A DNA stretch of 64,000 nucleotides, taken from assembly GCF_030144855.1 (NCBI RefSeq), contig NC_082711.1:89280001-89344000 (forward strand), read 5' to 3'. Below are positions 37,000 to 50,579 of the stretch, piece after piece (positions within the stretch are counted from its first letter, which is position 1; each line of letters begins with the position of its first letter). Position numbers and translations under genes: made by a program. The DNA comes from Hypanus sabinus (lineage: Eukaryota). The notes under the pieces were generated by a model. The model did no database searches and was not told the origin of the DNA. It was given only the letters and a program-made list of their open reading frames with translations.

Positions 37000-39435
37000 A
37001 AAGACCATGAAACATAGCACCAGAATTTGGCCACTCAGCCAATCAAGTATGCTTCACCATTCCATCATGGCTGATATATTATCAGTCTCAACCCTACTCT
37101 TTTGCCTTCTCCCCATAGCCTTTGACACCCTGACACTTTTACACCTTTGAAACCTACATTTTAGATATGCTCAATGACTTGGCCCCCATGGCCATCCATG
37201 GCAAAAAATTCCACTGATTCACTGCCTCTGCTGAAGAAATTCCTTTTCATCTGTTTTAAATGGATATCCCTCTATTCTGAGGTTGTGCCCTCTGGTCCAA
37301 GACTATAGGAAACATCCTCTCCATATCTGCTCTAACTAGGCCTTCCAATATTCAATAGGTTTCAATGAGATCCCCTGTCATTCCTCCGAACTCCAGTGAG
37401 TACACACAAGGGGAGTGCTGGAGACTGATGAATGAAGTATAACAGAAGGATGTGAAACATAGAACCTTGGGATTCACATTAATCCTACATGCCAAGGACT
37501 TTTCATGGACCCTCTTGGCTTTCCTAATTCTCTTTAGTTTTTTTTTCTGGCTTCTTTAGACTGCTCATATGCTTTGTTTGATCTTAATTTCTGAGGCATT
37601 ACATACTTCTCCTTTTTCTTCTTGACTAAGTTCATCACCTCTCTGGATACCCAAGGTTGTCTTATCTTTCCATCCCTGTCCGTCCTTCTAACAGGAACAT
37701 AGCTTTACTGTACTCTGTGCAATTGATCTTAATGTCTGATGTGGACTTGCCAGAAGAAGGGTATTCCCAATGAACTCTTCTTAGTTCCTCCTAATGCCAC
37801 TGTAATCTGCCTTACTCCAATTTATAACTCATTCCCAAGGGCCATGCCTATCCTTATCTATAGCTATCCAGAGTGGGAAGGAGTTGTGGTTACTGTTCCC
37901 TATCTGCTCTCCCACGGAAAGGTCAGCCACACCAGGTCCCGTACGGACCCTCCTCTCGTTGGACCATCCACATATTGATTTAAGAAACTTTCCTGGATGC
38001 ACTTAACAAATTCAGCCCCATCTAAACCCCTTGCAGTAAGAAGGTTCCAGTTTATAACGGGGAAGTTGAAGTCTTCCATGACAACAACCCTATTATTTTT
38101 ACACATATCCTTAATCTGTTCCTCAATGTCCTGGTGACTATTCATGGGTCTGTAGTACCATCCCATCAGTGTGATGGTACCCTTCCTATTCCTGAGTTCT
38201 ACCCAAATGGACTCAGTGTCTGACCCTTCCATTATATATCCCTGATATTGTGATACAGCGATATTGTCCCTGATTACTAGTGCAACATTTTACCTTTTAC
38301 CTCTTTCCTATCTTTTCTACAACCTCAAAAACCTGGCACATTAATCACCCATTCCTGCCCCTCTTTCAACCAAGTTTCAGTGGTGGCCACAACTTCGTAG
38401 TTCCATGTACTGATCAATGCTCAGAGTTCATCACTTTTAACCATAATACTCCTAGTATTAAAATACACACACTTCAAACTATCTGACCCCCCTCATACTT
38501 GTTATTTCAATTTTGCCTTTCAATACTTTCCCTGACATCTACCATCTGGTGTGATCCTTCCCTTACTGACCTGGGACTCTGGTTCCCAGCCCCCCTACAA
38601 AACTAATTTAAACTCTCCCAAGTAGCATTAACAAACCTCCCGGACAGGATATTGGTTCCCCTCCAGTTCAGGTGCAACCATTTCCTCTTATATGGGTCAC
38701 CCCATTCCATAGAAAAGGTTCCTGGTGGAGGGCAGAAGGGTGGGAGGTGGAGAGGGAGGGGTGGAGAGGGGGATGGGGATGAGGGTTGAGGGGTGGCTAG
38801 GTTAAACAGTCAAAATGTAATCGGCAACTAGTTGTATTGAATGTAATTTGTTGGTGTTGCAATAAAAGTTAGTGATTAAAAAAAAGAAAAGGTTCCAATG
38901 ATCCAAGAACTTGAAACCCTGTTCCCTGTACCATCTCCTTACCCACTCATTCACCTGTGCTATCACCCCATTCCTACCTGCACTAGCCCATGGCACTGGG
39001 AGTAATCTGGAGATTACTACCTTGGAGGTTCTTCTCTTTGGCCTCTTCCCTAACTCTATATACTCACTGCGTAAGACCTCTTCCCCTTTTCTGCCTATGT
39101 CAGTGGTGCCAACATGGACCACAACCTCTGGCTGTTCACCGCCCCCCTTGTGAATATCCTGCAGTCATTCCAATGCATCTTGGACCATAGCACCAGGGAG
39201 GCAACACACCATCCTGGTGTTCCTTTTGCAGCCACAGTATCTCCTTTCTGTGCCACTATCAAGTTCCCTATAACTATCACACTACCTGACCTTACCCTTT
39301 TCTGTTGAGCCTCAGAGCTGACCACAGTGCCACCATTTTGGCTGCTGCTGCTTGCCCTGATGGGTCACACCCCCCCACCCCAGCAGTACCTAAAGAGGTA
39401 TAGTGGTTGCTGAAGGAAATAGCCACAGGGGAACA
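37000..39435 (-). mobile_element. Degraded CR1 fragments (3' end; endonuclease; ORF1 esterase)
   Basis: ESIWVELRN..G..TL.G.YYRP; VHVGTTDIG...VVISxLLP...FLDHW motifs. Confidence 0.85.
38723..38884 (+). mobile_element. 5'-truncated poly(A) retroposed insertion inside CR1
   Basis: 12-bp TSD agaaaaggttcc (38711-38722 and 38885-38896); G-rich body; AATAAA at 38861; A-tail. Confidence 0.8.
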
Positions 39436-40701
39436 TATGTATTTAAATAATCATCTGAAATAATGTTGCATTTAATAAGTAAAATAAAATTAACAGTTAA
39501 AGATTTTTAAAAGCAGTCTCCAGAGAGCTGAGTTTTCTTCTGTTCATTTCAATCCATGCTCTCTATTTGCCCAGATTTAATTTAGCACAGGTTCAGCAAG
39601 TTCAGGAGCAGGTGCATATATTGGTGCTCTGCCAAAGGACTTGTAGTACAGGTTATTCTTGATAGTAAATCTTCGCAGAAGATCTGTCAAACCCAAAGAA
39701 CATCCAGAAGCTCCTTCTGGACAACAATGTATTTGAAGTGTTGGCACTGTTGCAATTTGGGGGAAAATAAATGGAAAATATTAATCACACACTTTATTAA
39801 AGGTGTGGTCTCAGGGTACTTGGAGGCACATGATAAAATAGGCTGTAGTCATCATGGTTTTCTCAAGGGAAAATCTTGCCTGACAAATCTGTTGAAATTC
39901 TTTGAAGAAATAGCAAGCAAGATAGACAAAGGAGAATCAGTTGATGTTGTGCACTCGGATTTTTAGAAGGCTTTTGACAAGATTCCACACATGAGGAAGT
40001 TTGACAAGTTTGATAAGCCCATGGTTTCACAGGGAAGATTCTGACATGGATGAAACAGTAGCTGATTGGCAGGAGGCAAGGAGTGGGAATAAAGGGAGCC
40101 TTTTCTGGTTGGCTGCTGGTGACTGGTGGTGTTCCGCAGGGGTCAGTGTTGAGATCGATTCCATTTACGTTATATGTCAATGATTTGAATGACAGAATTG
40201 ATGACCTTGTTGCAAGGTTTGTAGATGATATGAAGATAGGTGGAGGGCAGGTAGTTTTAAGGAAGTAAAGAGGCTATAAAAACAACTTAGACAGATTAGG
40301 AGAATGGACAAAGAAGTGGTAGATGGAATACAGTGTTGGGAAGTGTATGGTCATGCACTTTGGTAGAAAAAATGAAAGGGTTGACTATTTTAAAAATGGG
40401 GAGAAAATACATAAAAAACCGAGTCATTTTGGGAATTGGGAGTCCTTGTGCAGGATTCCCTAAAGGTTAATTTGCAGGTTGAGTCTGTGGTGAGGAAGAC
40501 ACATGTGAGGTTAGCTGTGAGCTGTAATTTCAAGAGGACTAGAATATAAAAGCAAAGATGTAATGTTGAGACTTTATAAAGCACTGGTGAGGCCTCAGTT
40601 GGAGTATTGTGAGCAGTATTGGGATCTTATTTTAGAAAAGATGCCCTGAAACTGGATAGGGTTCAAAGGAGGTTCACAAAAATGATTCTAGGATTGAATG
40701 G

Positions 40702-41873
40702 AATTTTTAGATTCCATCTATAAATTTGTTGATGATACAACTATTGTTAGAATCTCAGGTGGTGACGAGAGGGTGTACAGGAGTGAGATATGTCAACTAG
40801 TAGAGTGGTGTCACAGCAACAACCTGGCACTCAATGTCAGTGTGGTGAACTACATATACCTGTACACCCCCACCCCCCCACTGAATGCTCCTGCGGCTCC
40901 TCCCACTGACCGTGGCTCCTCCCACAGACCCCGGTATAAAGGCGATTGGAGGCACAGCTCCTTCCTCAGTCTCCAGGACGGTGTGTGGTGGTCACTTGCT
41001 GATTGTGCTTTCTTCCAGCCAATAAAAGCCTACCTTAACCCACGTCTCTGAGAGTTATTGATGGTGCATCAGTCAGTAAGAGGAAAGAGCTGATTGTGGA
41101 CTTCAGGAAGGGTAAGACAAAGGAAAACATACCAATCCTCAGAGGGATCAGAAGTGGAGAGAGTGAGCAGCCTCAAGTTCCTGGGTGTCAAGATTTCTGA
41201 GGATCTAACCTGGTCCAAAATACTGATGTAGTTATAAAGAAGGCAAGACAGCAGCTATACTTTATTAGGAGTTTGAAGAGATCTGGCATGTCAACAAATA
41301 CAGTCAAAAACTTCTATAGTTGTGCTGTGGAGAACATTCTGACAGTCTGCATCACTGTCTGGTATGGTGGGGGGGGGGGTGCTACTGTACAGAACTGAAA
41401 GAAGCTGCAGAAGGTTGTAAATCCAGTCAGCTTCATCTTGGGCACTAGCCTACGAAGTCCCCAGGACATCTTTAGGGAGCAGTCTCAGAAAGACAGCGTC
41501 CATTATTAAGGACCTCCAGCACCCAGGGCATGCCCTTTTCTCACTGTTCCCATCAGGTAGGAGGTACAGAAGCCTGAAGGCACACACTCAGCGATTCAGG
41601 AACAGCTTCTTCCCCTCTGCCATCCGTTGTCTAAATGGACATTGAAGCTGTGGACACTACCTCAACTTTTTTTCAATATACAGTATTTCTGTATTTGCAC
41701 AGTTTTAAAATCTATTTAATTTACATAATTGATTTACTTGTTTAATCATTATTTTTATTTTATTTATTATTATTTTTCTCTCTCTGCTAGATTATGTATT
41801 ACATTGAACTGCTGCAGCTAAGTTAACAAATTTCACGTCATATGCCGGTGATAATAAACCTGATTCTGATTCT
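40702..41873 (+). mobile_element. Rex1/Babar-type LINE 3' portion
   Basis: IYKFVDDTTIV.ISGGDE..YRSEI..LVEWC..NNL.LNV motif; ends aataaacc(tgattc)n; flanking repeat tgaatgg. Confidence 0.85.
40841..41071 (+). mobile_element. Solo LTR (231 bp)
   Basis: TG...CA ends; 5-bp TSD gtcag (40836-40840 and 41072-41076); internal TATAAA and AATAAA; interrupts the Rex1 reading frame at LNVS|K. Confidence 0.85.
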
Positions 41874-42095
41874 GAATGGCTTATCATTTGATGGCTCTGG
41901 GCCTGTATTTGGTAGAATTCAGAAGAATGAGTGACCTCATTGAAACCTTTCGAATGATGAAATGCCTTGATAGAGTGGATGTGGGAGAGTCTAAGGCCAG
42001 AGAACACAGCCTCAGAATAGAGGGGCGCCCTTTTAGGACAGAGATGAGGACGAACTTCTTTTGCCAGAGAGTGGTGAATATGTGGAATTCTTTAT

Positions 42096-42760
42096 TCCGA
42101 ACACTGTACTCCATCTACCATTTCTTTGCCCATTCTCCTAATCTGTCTCAGTCCTTTTGTAGTCTCTCTATTTCCTCAAAATCTATCTGCCTCTCCCCTA
42201 TCTTCATATTGTCTGCAAACTTAGCAAAAAGGCCCAACACTGACCCCTGAGGAACACCACTCGTCACCAGCAGACCACCAGAAAAGGTTCTCTTTACTCC
42301 CACTCTTTAACTCTTGCCAATCAGCCACTGCTTTATCCAGGCTAGATTCTTTCCCGCAATATGATGGGCTCGTAGCTTGTTAAGCAGTTTCATGTGTGGC
42401 ACCTTCTGAAAATCCTAGGGCACAACATCAACCCATTTTCCTTTGACTGTGTTATTTCTTCAAAGAATTCCAACAGATTTATCAGGCAAGTTTTTTTCTT
42501 GGAAGAAACCATGCTGCCTACGGCCTATTTTATCATGTGCCTCAAGTACCCTGAGACCTCATCCTTAATAATCAATTCCAACATCTTCCCATCATTGAGG
42601 TCAGGCTAACAGGCATATAGTTTCCTTTCTGCCTCTCTCTCTTCTTGAAGAGTGGAGTAACATTTGCAATTTTCCAGTCTTCTGGAACCATTCCAGGATC
42701 TAATGATTCTTGAAAGATCATTACTAACACTGTGACAATCTCTTCTGCCACCTCTTTCAG
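42096..42760 (-). mobile_element. Older CR1 RT fragment
   Basis: LKEVAEEI..VPEDWKIANVTPLFKK motif. Confidence 0.8.
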
Positions 42761-45700
42761 AACATAGAACATAGAATAGTACAGCACATTACAGGCCCTT
42801 CGGCCCACAATGTTGTGCTGACCCTCAAACCCTGCCTCCCATATAACCCCCCACCTTAAATTCCTTCATATACCTGTCTAGTAGTCTCTTAAACTTCACT
42901 AGTGCATCTGCCTCCACCACTGATTCAGGCAGTGCATTCCACACACCAACCACTCTCTGAGTGAAAGATCTTCCTCTAATATCCCCCTTGAACTTCCGTC
43001 CCCTTACCTTAAAGCCATGTCCTCTTGTACTGAGCAGTGGTGACCTGGGGAAGAGGCGCTGGCTGTCCACTCTGTCTATTCCTCTTAATATCTTGTACAT
43101 CTCTATCATGTCTTCTCTCATCCTCCTTCTCTCCAAAGAGTAAAGCCCTAGCTCCCATAATCTCTGATCATAATCCATACTCTCTAAACCAGGCAGCATC
43201 CTGGTAAATCTCCTCTGTACCCTTTCCAATGCTTCCACATCCTTCCTATACTGAGGCAACCAGAACTGGACACAGTACTCCAAGTGTGGCCTAACCAGAG
43301 TTCTGTAGAGCTGCATCATTACATCGTAACTCTTAAACTCTATCCCTCAACTTATGAAAGTTAACACCCCATAAGCTTTCTTAACTACCCTATCTACCTG
43401 TGAGGCAACTTTCAGGGATCTGTGGACATGTACCCCCAGATCCCTCTGCTCCTCCACACTACCAAGTATACTGCCATTTACTTTGTACTCTGCCTTGGAG
43501 TTTGTCCTTCCAAAGTGCACCAACTCACACTTCTCTGGGTTGAACTCCATCTGCCACTTCTCAGCCCATTTCTGCATCCTATCAATGTCTCTCTGCAACC
43601 TTCGACAATCCTCTACACTATCTACAACACCACCAACTTTTGTGTCATCTGCAAACTTGCCAACCCACCCTTCTACCCCCACATCGAGGTCGTTAAATAA
43701 AAATCACAAAAAGTAGAGGTCCCAGAACTGATCCTTGTGGGACACCACTAGTCACAACCCTCCAATCTGAATGTACTCCCTCCACCACGACCCTCTGCCT
43801 TCTGTAGACAAGCCAATTCTGAATCCACCTGGCCAAACTCCCCTGGATCCCATGCCTTCTGACTTTCTGAATAAGCCTACCATGTGGAACCTTGTCAAAT
43901 GCCTTACTAAAATCCATGTAGATCACATCCACTGCACTACCCTCATCTACATGCCTGGTCATCTCCTCAAAGAACTCTATCAGGCTTGTTAGACACGATC
44001 TGCCCTTCACAAAGCCATGCTGACTGTCCCTGATCGGACCATGATTCTCTAAATGCCCATAGATCCTATCTCTAAGAACCTTTTCCAACAGCTTTCCCAT
44101 CACTGATGTAAGGCTCACTGGTCTATAATTACCCGGACTATCCCTCCTACCTTTTTTGAACAAGAAGGCAATATTTGCCTCCCTCCAATCCTCCGGTACC
44201 ATTCCCATGGACAACGGGGACATAAAGATATTAGCCAGAGGCTCAGCAATCTCTGCCCTCGCCACGTGGAGCAGCCTGGGGAATATTCCGTCAAGCCCCA
44301 GGGACTTATCCGTCCTAATGTATTTTAACAACTCCAACACCTCCTCTCCCTTAATATCAACATGCTCCAGAACATCAACCTCACTCATATTTTCCTCGCT
44401 GTCATCAAACTCATTCTCAGTGGTGAATACCGAAGAGAAGCATTAATTGAGGACCTTGCTCACCTCCACAGCCTCCAGGCACATCTTCCCACCTTTATCT
44501 CTAATCGGTCCTACCTTCACTCCTGTCATCCTTTTGTTCTTCACATAATTGAAGAATGCCTTGGGGTTTTCCTTTACCCTATTCGCCAAGGCCTTCTCAT
44601 GCCCCCTTCCTGCTCTTCTCAGCCCCTTCTTAAGCTCCTTTCTTGCTACCCTATATTCCTCAATAGACCCATCTGATCCTTGCTTCCTAAACCTCATGTA
44701 TGCTGCCTTCTCCCACCTGACTAGATTTTCCACCTCACTTGTCACCCATGGTTCCTTCACCCTACCATTCTTTATCTTCCTCACTGGGACAAATTTATCC
44801 CTCACATCCTGTGAGATATCCCTAAACATTGACCACATGTCCATAGTACATTTCCCTGCAAAAACATCATCCCAATTCACACCCACAAGTTCTAGCCTTA
44901 TAGCCTCATAATTTGCCCTTCCCCAATTAAAAATTTTCCTGTCGTCTCTGATTCTATCCTTTTCCATGATAATGCTAAAGGCCAGGGAGCGGTGATTACT
45001 GTCCCCCAGATGCTCGCCCACTGAGAGATCTGTGACCTGACCCAGTTTGTTACCTAATCCTAGATCTAATATGGCATTCCCACAGCCGGCCTGTCAACAT
45101 ACTGTGACAGGAATCCATCCTGGACACACTTAACAAACTGCCCCATCTAAACCCTTAGAACTAATCAAGTGCCAATCAATATTAGGGAAGTTAAAGTCAC
45201 CCATGATAACAACCCTGTTATTTTTGCACCTTTCCAAAATCAGCCTCCCAATCTGCTCCTCGGTATCTCTGCTGCTACCAGGGGGCCTATAGAATACCCC
45301 CAGTAGAGTAACTGCTCCCTTGCTGTTCCTGACTGCCACCCATACTGACTCAAAAGAGGATCCTGCTACATTTCCCCCCCCTTTTTGTAGCTGTAATAGT
45401 ATCCCTGACCAGTAATGCCACCCCTTGTCCCCTTTTCCCCCCTCTCTATCCCTTTTAAAGCACTGAAATCCAGGAATATTGAGAATCCATTCCTGCCCTG
45501 ATGCCAGCCAAGTCTCTGTAATGGCCACTACATCATAATTCCATGTATGTATCCAAGCTCTCAGTTCATCACCTTTGTTCCTGATGCTTCTTGCATTGAA
45601 GTACACACACTTTAGCCCTTCTACCTTACTACCTTTACACCCTTTATTCTGCTTCTCTTCCCTCAAAGCCTCTCTATATGTTAGATCTGGCTTTACTCCA

Positions 45701-46070
45701 CGCACTTCTTTCACTGCTCTATTGCTCTGGGTCCCATCCCACTTGCAAATTAGTTTAAACCCTCCTGAACCATGCTAGCAAACCTACCAGCAAGGATATT
45801 GCTCCCCCTCGAGTTCAGGTGCAACCCATCCAATCTGTACAGGTCCCACCTTCCCCAGAAGAGATCCCAATGATCCAAAAATCTAAAACCCTGCCCCCTG
45901 CACCATCTCCTCAGCCACACATTCAACTGCCATCTCCTCCAATTCTTACCATCACTATTACATAGCACTGGCAGCAATCCTGAGAACGCCACCCTTGAGG
46001 TCCTGTTCTTCAGCCTTCTGCCTCGTTCCTGAAACTCACACCTCAGGACCTCATCCCTCTTCCTGCCTAT
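42761..46070 (-). mobile_element. Young, nearly complete CR1 LINE (partial ORF1 esterase + frameshifted ORF2)
   Basis: DGLHLN (ORF1); [45 protein letters not shown] motifs in consecutive ORFs 45714 to 42825; (ttctatg)n tail. Confidence 0.95.
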
Positions 46071-47426
46071 GTGGTTATGAAGGGCATAGATAGAGCATAC
46101 ATGGAGTAGCTTGTATTAGAGGCTCTTAAGAAACATTTAGATAGGCACATGAATATGAGGAAATGGAGGGATTAGTTTTTTTGGAGGGGGGGGTTGATTT
46201 ACTTTCTAGCTGGTTCAGCACAACATAGTGAGCCAAATGGCCTGTTCCTGTACTGTTCTATGTTCTATAAATGTTACTTACCACCTAGGTAGCAGGTGAT
46301 AACATCTAATGAGAAAAAAATCTATCACCTCAATTATATTAACACTACAGAATCCCTACTGTCAATATGCTGGGAGATACCATTGAGTAGATTCTGAACT
46401 GGAGTAGACATATACATACTGTGGCTACAAGAACAGGTCAGAGGCAAAAAATCTTGTGTCCAATAATTTGCCCCTAGGTTTCCAAGATTTAAGTCAGGAT
46501 TGTGATGAAATACACTCCACTTGCCTGGATGAAAGCGGACTTAACTACACTCAAGAAGATCGACACCATGGAGGACATAGCAGCCCACTTGATAGACACC
46601 CTATGCACAATCTGTCACTCATTCCACCCGACACACAATTGAATCTAGGATTGATTAGAATTGCATCCTCCAGCTATAGACAAGAGAATGCTATATCTTT
46701 CTTGATCTCAAAGTCTGTTAGAGACTTATGCTGCTCAACATTTTTTTATATTCAACTCCAAATGAAGACTTCTTAATTTATGGTATGATCACACAATGGC
46801 TTTGAATTGAATTATGCTATATTACTGACCCTACAACCAATGTCAGACTTAATAGTTACTTGATAGATTGCATATTTGCTTGCAACTTTAACTAGAACTT
46901 TTCTGCAAATGAAGATGGTGCTAGCTAACAAAGTGACCCAATGGCGACATTCTACAGATAGTTCATAAAATTACTTCTTTTAATTCTTCTTTCAAATATA
47001 ATTCTGCTACTAAGTTGCATGTAATTGAAACCTATGATTTATATTTTGATGGTGTGCTTTCAGGCTAACTGAGTGATCTGGCACTTTACTGAGGGCCAAG
47101 AAGTCTGGAGACGGGGCGTGAGCATATTTCTTACCAATCTCACCAATTAAAGCATCAAGCAAGATTGAAATCAACGAGGATGAGAGCAGAAGGTGAGTGG
47201 GTGTTCTGCGCCTCCTGCCTGTGCTTGACCAATCTCTCTATCCCAATCACTTGCTGTTGCTGGAGGATGGCGACAGAATCTTGGGTCTTGGGCAAGGTTT
47301 AATCTATGCAGTTTGTTGACTAGACTGTGTAGGTATACAATTTTGATCAGGGTGGACTGGCTTTTGGGCCTGCAGTCAACAAACAACACATGGCTAAATT
47401 GAAATGAACTGAACTAAACATTCCTA

Positions 47427-48295
47427 GGCAACACGAGTGAATCTGCAGATGCTGGAAATAAATAAAAACACAAAATGCTGGCAGAACTCAGCAGGCCAGA
47501 CAGCATCTATGGGAAGAGGAAGTGACGACGTTTCGGGCCGAAACCCTTCATCAGGAATGAAGTAACATGGGATGGTTGAGGGGGGGATAAGAAGTGGGGG
47601 GAGGGATGAAGTAGAGAGCTGGAAAGTGATAGGCTGAAGGGAAATGGGCTAGGGGGAAGGTGGAGAATTATGGGAAACAAAAGAGAAAGAAAGGTAGGGC
47701 TGGGGGGAGATTATAGTGAGGGGGGAAAAAGAGAGAGAAATAGAACCAGACTAAAATTATAGATAGGGATGGGGTAAAGGGGGGGGTGGCCAGGGTATCA
47801 ACAGAGGTCTGTCCACAGACCGCTCCCACTCCGATCTGTCTGTCCATGGCCTCCTCTACCGTCAAGATGAGGCCACACGCACGTCGATGGAGCAATACCT
47901 TATCTCCCTCCTAGGTAGCCTGCTACCTGCCGGCATGAACATCCAACTCACAGACCTCCATTGATACCCCTGCACCCCCCTTACCCCATCCCTATCTATA
48001 ATTTTAGTCTGGTTTTCTTTCTCTCTCTTCTCCCCCCTCCCCACTATAATCTCCGCCCAGCCCTACCTTTCTTTCTCTTTTTATTTCCCATAATTTTCCA
48101 CCTTCTCCCTAGCCCATTTCCCTTCAGCCTATCACTTCCCAGCTCTCTACTTCATCCCTCCCCCCACTTCTTATCCCCCCTCGACCATCCCATGTTACTT
48201 CACTCCTGATGAAGGGTTTCGGCCTGAAACGTCGTCACTACCTCTTCCCATAGATGCTGTCTGGCCTGCTGAGTTCTGCCAGCATTTTGTGTTTT
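47427..48295. mobile_element. Penelope-like foldback element with ~350-bp inverted arms
   Basis: Arms ~47464-47815 and ~47950-48295; central GIY-YIG C-terminal remnant EQYLISLLGSLLPAGMNI; 12-bp TSD taaacattccta (47415-47426 and 48296-48307). Confidence 0.88.
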
Positions 48296-48469
48296 TAAAC
48301 ATTCCTACACTGTTTGAAAGGCTCTGTGTTTTTATGTTTTATATTCTGTGTTTTATATATAGTAATGGGTGTCCTTAAAGATGGATGCTGCCTTTTTGAG
48401 GCATCACTCCTTGAAGCTGTCCTGGATGCTGCTCTGCTTCAGAGCACCTGGACAACAGTAAAACATCCT

Positions 48470-49250
48470 TCGGGGTTCAATACCATTCTTCAGTATAAAT
48501 TACCAAGCTTCTAAACATGGGTCTCTGCCTCTCTCTGCAACTGGATCCTTCACTTCCTCTTCGGGAAACCAGAATTAATGCTGATCGTTAATAATATCTT
48601 CTCCTCACTGACAATCAACACAGGTTCAACTCAAGGATGTGTGCTTAGCCCACTGCTCTACTCCCTCTGCATGTGACTGCATGGCTAAACAGTCCTCAAA
48701 CACCATCTATAAACTCACAGAAGACACCACTCTTGTAAAATCACAGATGGCCACAAGAAGGCATACAGGAGTGAGATACTGTGTATCCAGAGGTTGACTG
48801 GTATTGCAACAACAACTTCACCCTCAATTTCAGAAAGAACAAGGAATTGATTGTGGGCTTCCAGAAGGGGAAGTTGGGAGAACACACGTCAATCTTCGTT
48901 GAAGAGTCAGCAATGGAAAGGGTGATTACCTTTCCACCATTAAGCACATCTTCAAGGAGCAATGCCTCAAAAGGATGTCATCGTTCAGTAAGGACTCTCA
49001 CCATCTGGGACACATCCTCTTCTCATTACTACCATTGTTGAGCAGGTACAGATGACTGAAGATCAATGCTCAACAGTTCAGCAATGGCTACGTCCCCTCT
49101 GCCATCAGATTCTTAACTCTCCATGAATCTATGAAAACAACCTTGTTAATCTTTTATTTGCACTATTGATTTTATAGTAATTTTACATCCTTAAACAGTA
49201 TTGCTGCAAAACAACACATTTCATATCAGAGTGATAATAAACCTGATACT
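48470..49250 (+). mobile_element. Degraded Rex1/Babar-type LINE
   Basis: STQGCVLSPLLYSL...IYKLTEDTT motifs; ends gataataaacctga. Confidence 0.75.
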
Positions 49251-49924
49251 ATAGAGCTATTTTGATTGAGTAAAATTCAAATATTATTTATCATAAAACC
49301 TTGTAAATATTCTGCTAGTAATAATGATTTGGATATTTTATCAATAAGTATTTCTTACTTGTATTAAACATACAGAAAAAAAAGTCATATCTTTTTTAAC
49401 ATTCTTGTGCGATCTGCTGTCATACCATAGCACTTCACATAGTGAAATAGCTCTCAGTGTTGCATAGTCAATACTCACCAGTCTGTAAGCTTATATTTTC
49501 AATTTTGTCCTTAAGGACTGTTCAATTTAATGATTTCAGAAATATGGCAAATATTTCCTTTTCAGCACCTTAAATGTAAGAGATTCAAGGGACAATAAAT
49601 TTAAGTAGTCAACAGTCTTACGTCTCTGCAATTCTAGCTCTCACCATGACAATTTGAAGACCTATGTTTTGAGTGGAAACCTACCCAGATCCTATCCACC
49701 ACTACACTCCACACAGATGAATGTGCTGTTACAATTAACAGCATCTCCTTTGATTCAGTTTACTTTATCCAAACTAAAACCTGTTGCTATGAACAGCTCC
49801 TTGTTACACCTGTCTTTTCCTGGAATACAAGGAACAGCTTATTTCTGTCTGACTCTCACTTTTTTAAATAATAATTGTGGACTATTGTTTTTGTTTCCTG
49901 TCTACTGAAAAAAAGGCTTTAGAA

Positions 49925-50575
49925 CAAACTTTCAACTGACATTTTATAAACCTACCAATTCCCACAGCTACCTTGATGATACCTCTTCCTACCCTGTCTC
50001 CTGTAAAAATGCTATTCCCTTTTCTCAGTTCCTTCGTCACTGCCACATCTGTTCCCAGGATGATGCTTTCCTGTCCAGGTCATTAGAGAAGTCTTTCTTC
50101 ATAGAATGGGGTTTTCCTTTGTCCACTATTGATGCTGCTCTCACCTGCAGCTCCTCCATTTTCCAGACATCCACGCTCACCCCATCTTCCCACCACCTTA
50201 ACAGTGATAGAGTACCTTCCTCTTGTTCTTACCTATCACACCATGAGTCTCGGCATCCAACACATCATCCTCCACATCTTCTACCATCTCCAAAGGGATC
50301 CTACCGCCAAACACAACTTTACCTCCCTCAGCTCTCTGCTTTCTGCACAGATCATTCTTTATGTGATTTGCTTGGCTGATGTCAATCCCCATTGATCTCA
50401 CTCCTATCACTGAACCCTGCAAGGGTCCAAAGTGCTACATCTGCCTATTCACCTCCTCCCTCATCTCCATTCGGGGCCTGAAAAAGTCCTTCCGGATGAG
50501 GTAGCACTTCACCTGCAAATCTGCTGTGTTCATCTATTGTATCCGATACCCCTAATGTGAACTTTCCTACATTTG
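49925..50575 (+). mobile_element. Penelope-like RT C-terminal/linker fragment
   Basis: YKPTNSHSYLDDTSSYPVSCKNAIPFSQFLR..HICS motif; PLVLTYH motif. Confidence 0.85.
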
Positions 50576-50579
50576 TCCA

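Larger units (their letters stand above)
39790..42095 (+). mobile_element. CR1 RT fragment split by a Rex1/Babar insertion
   Basis: HHGFLKGKSCLTNLL, GVPQGSVL motifs; sequence resumes at 41876 after tgaatgg. Confidence 0.88.
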
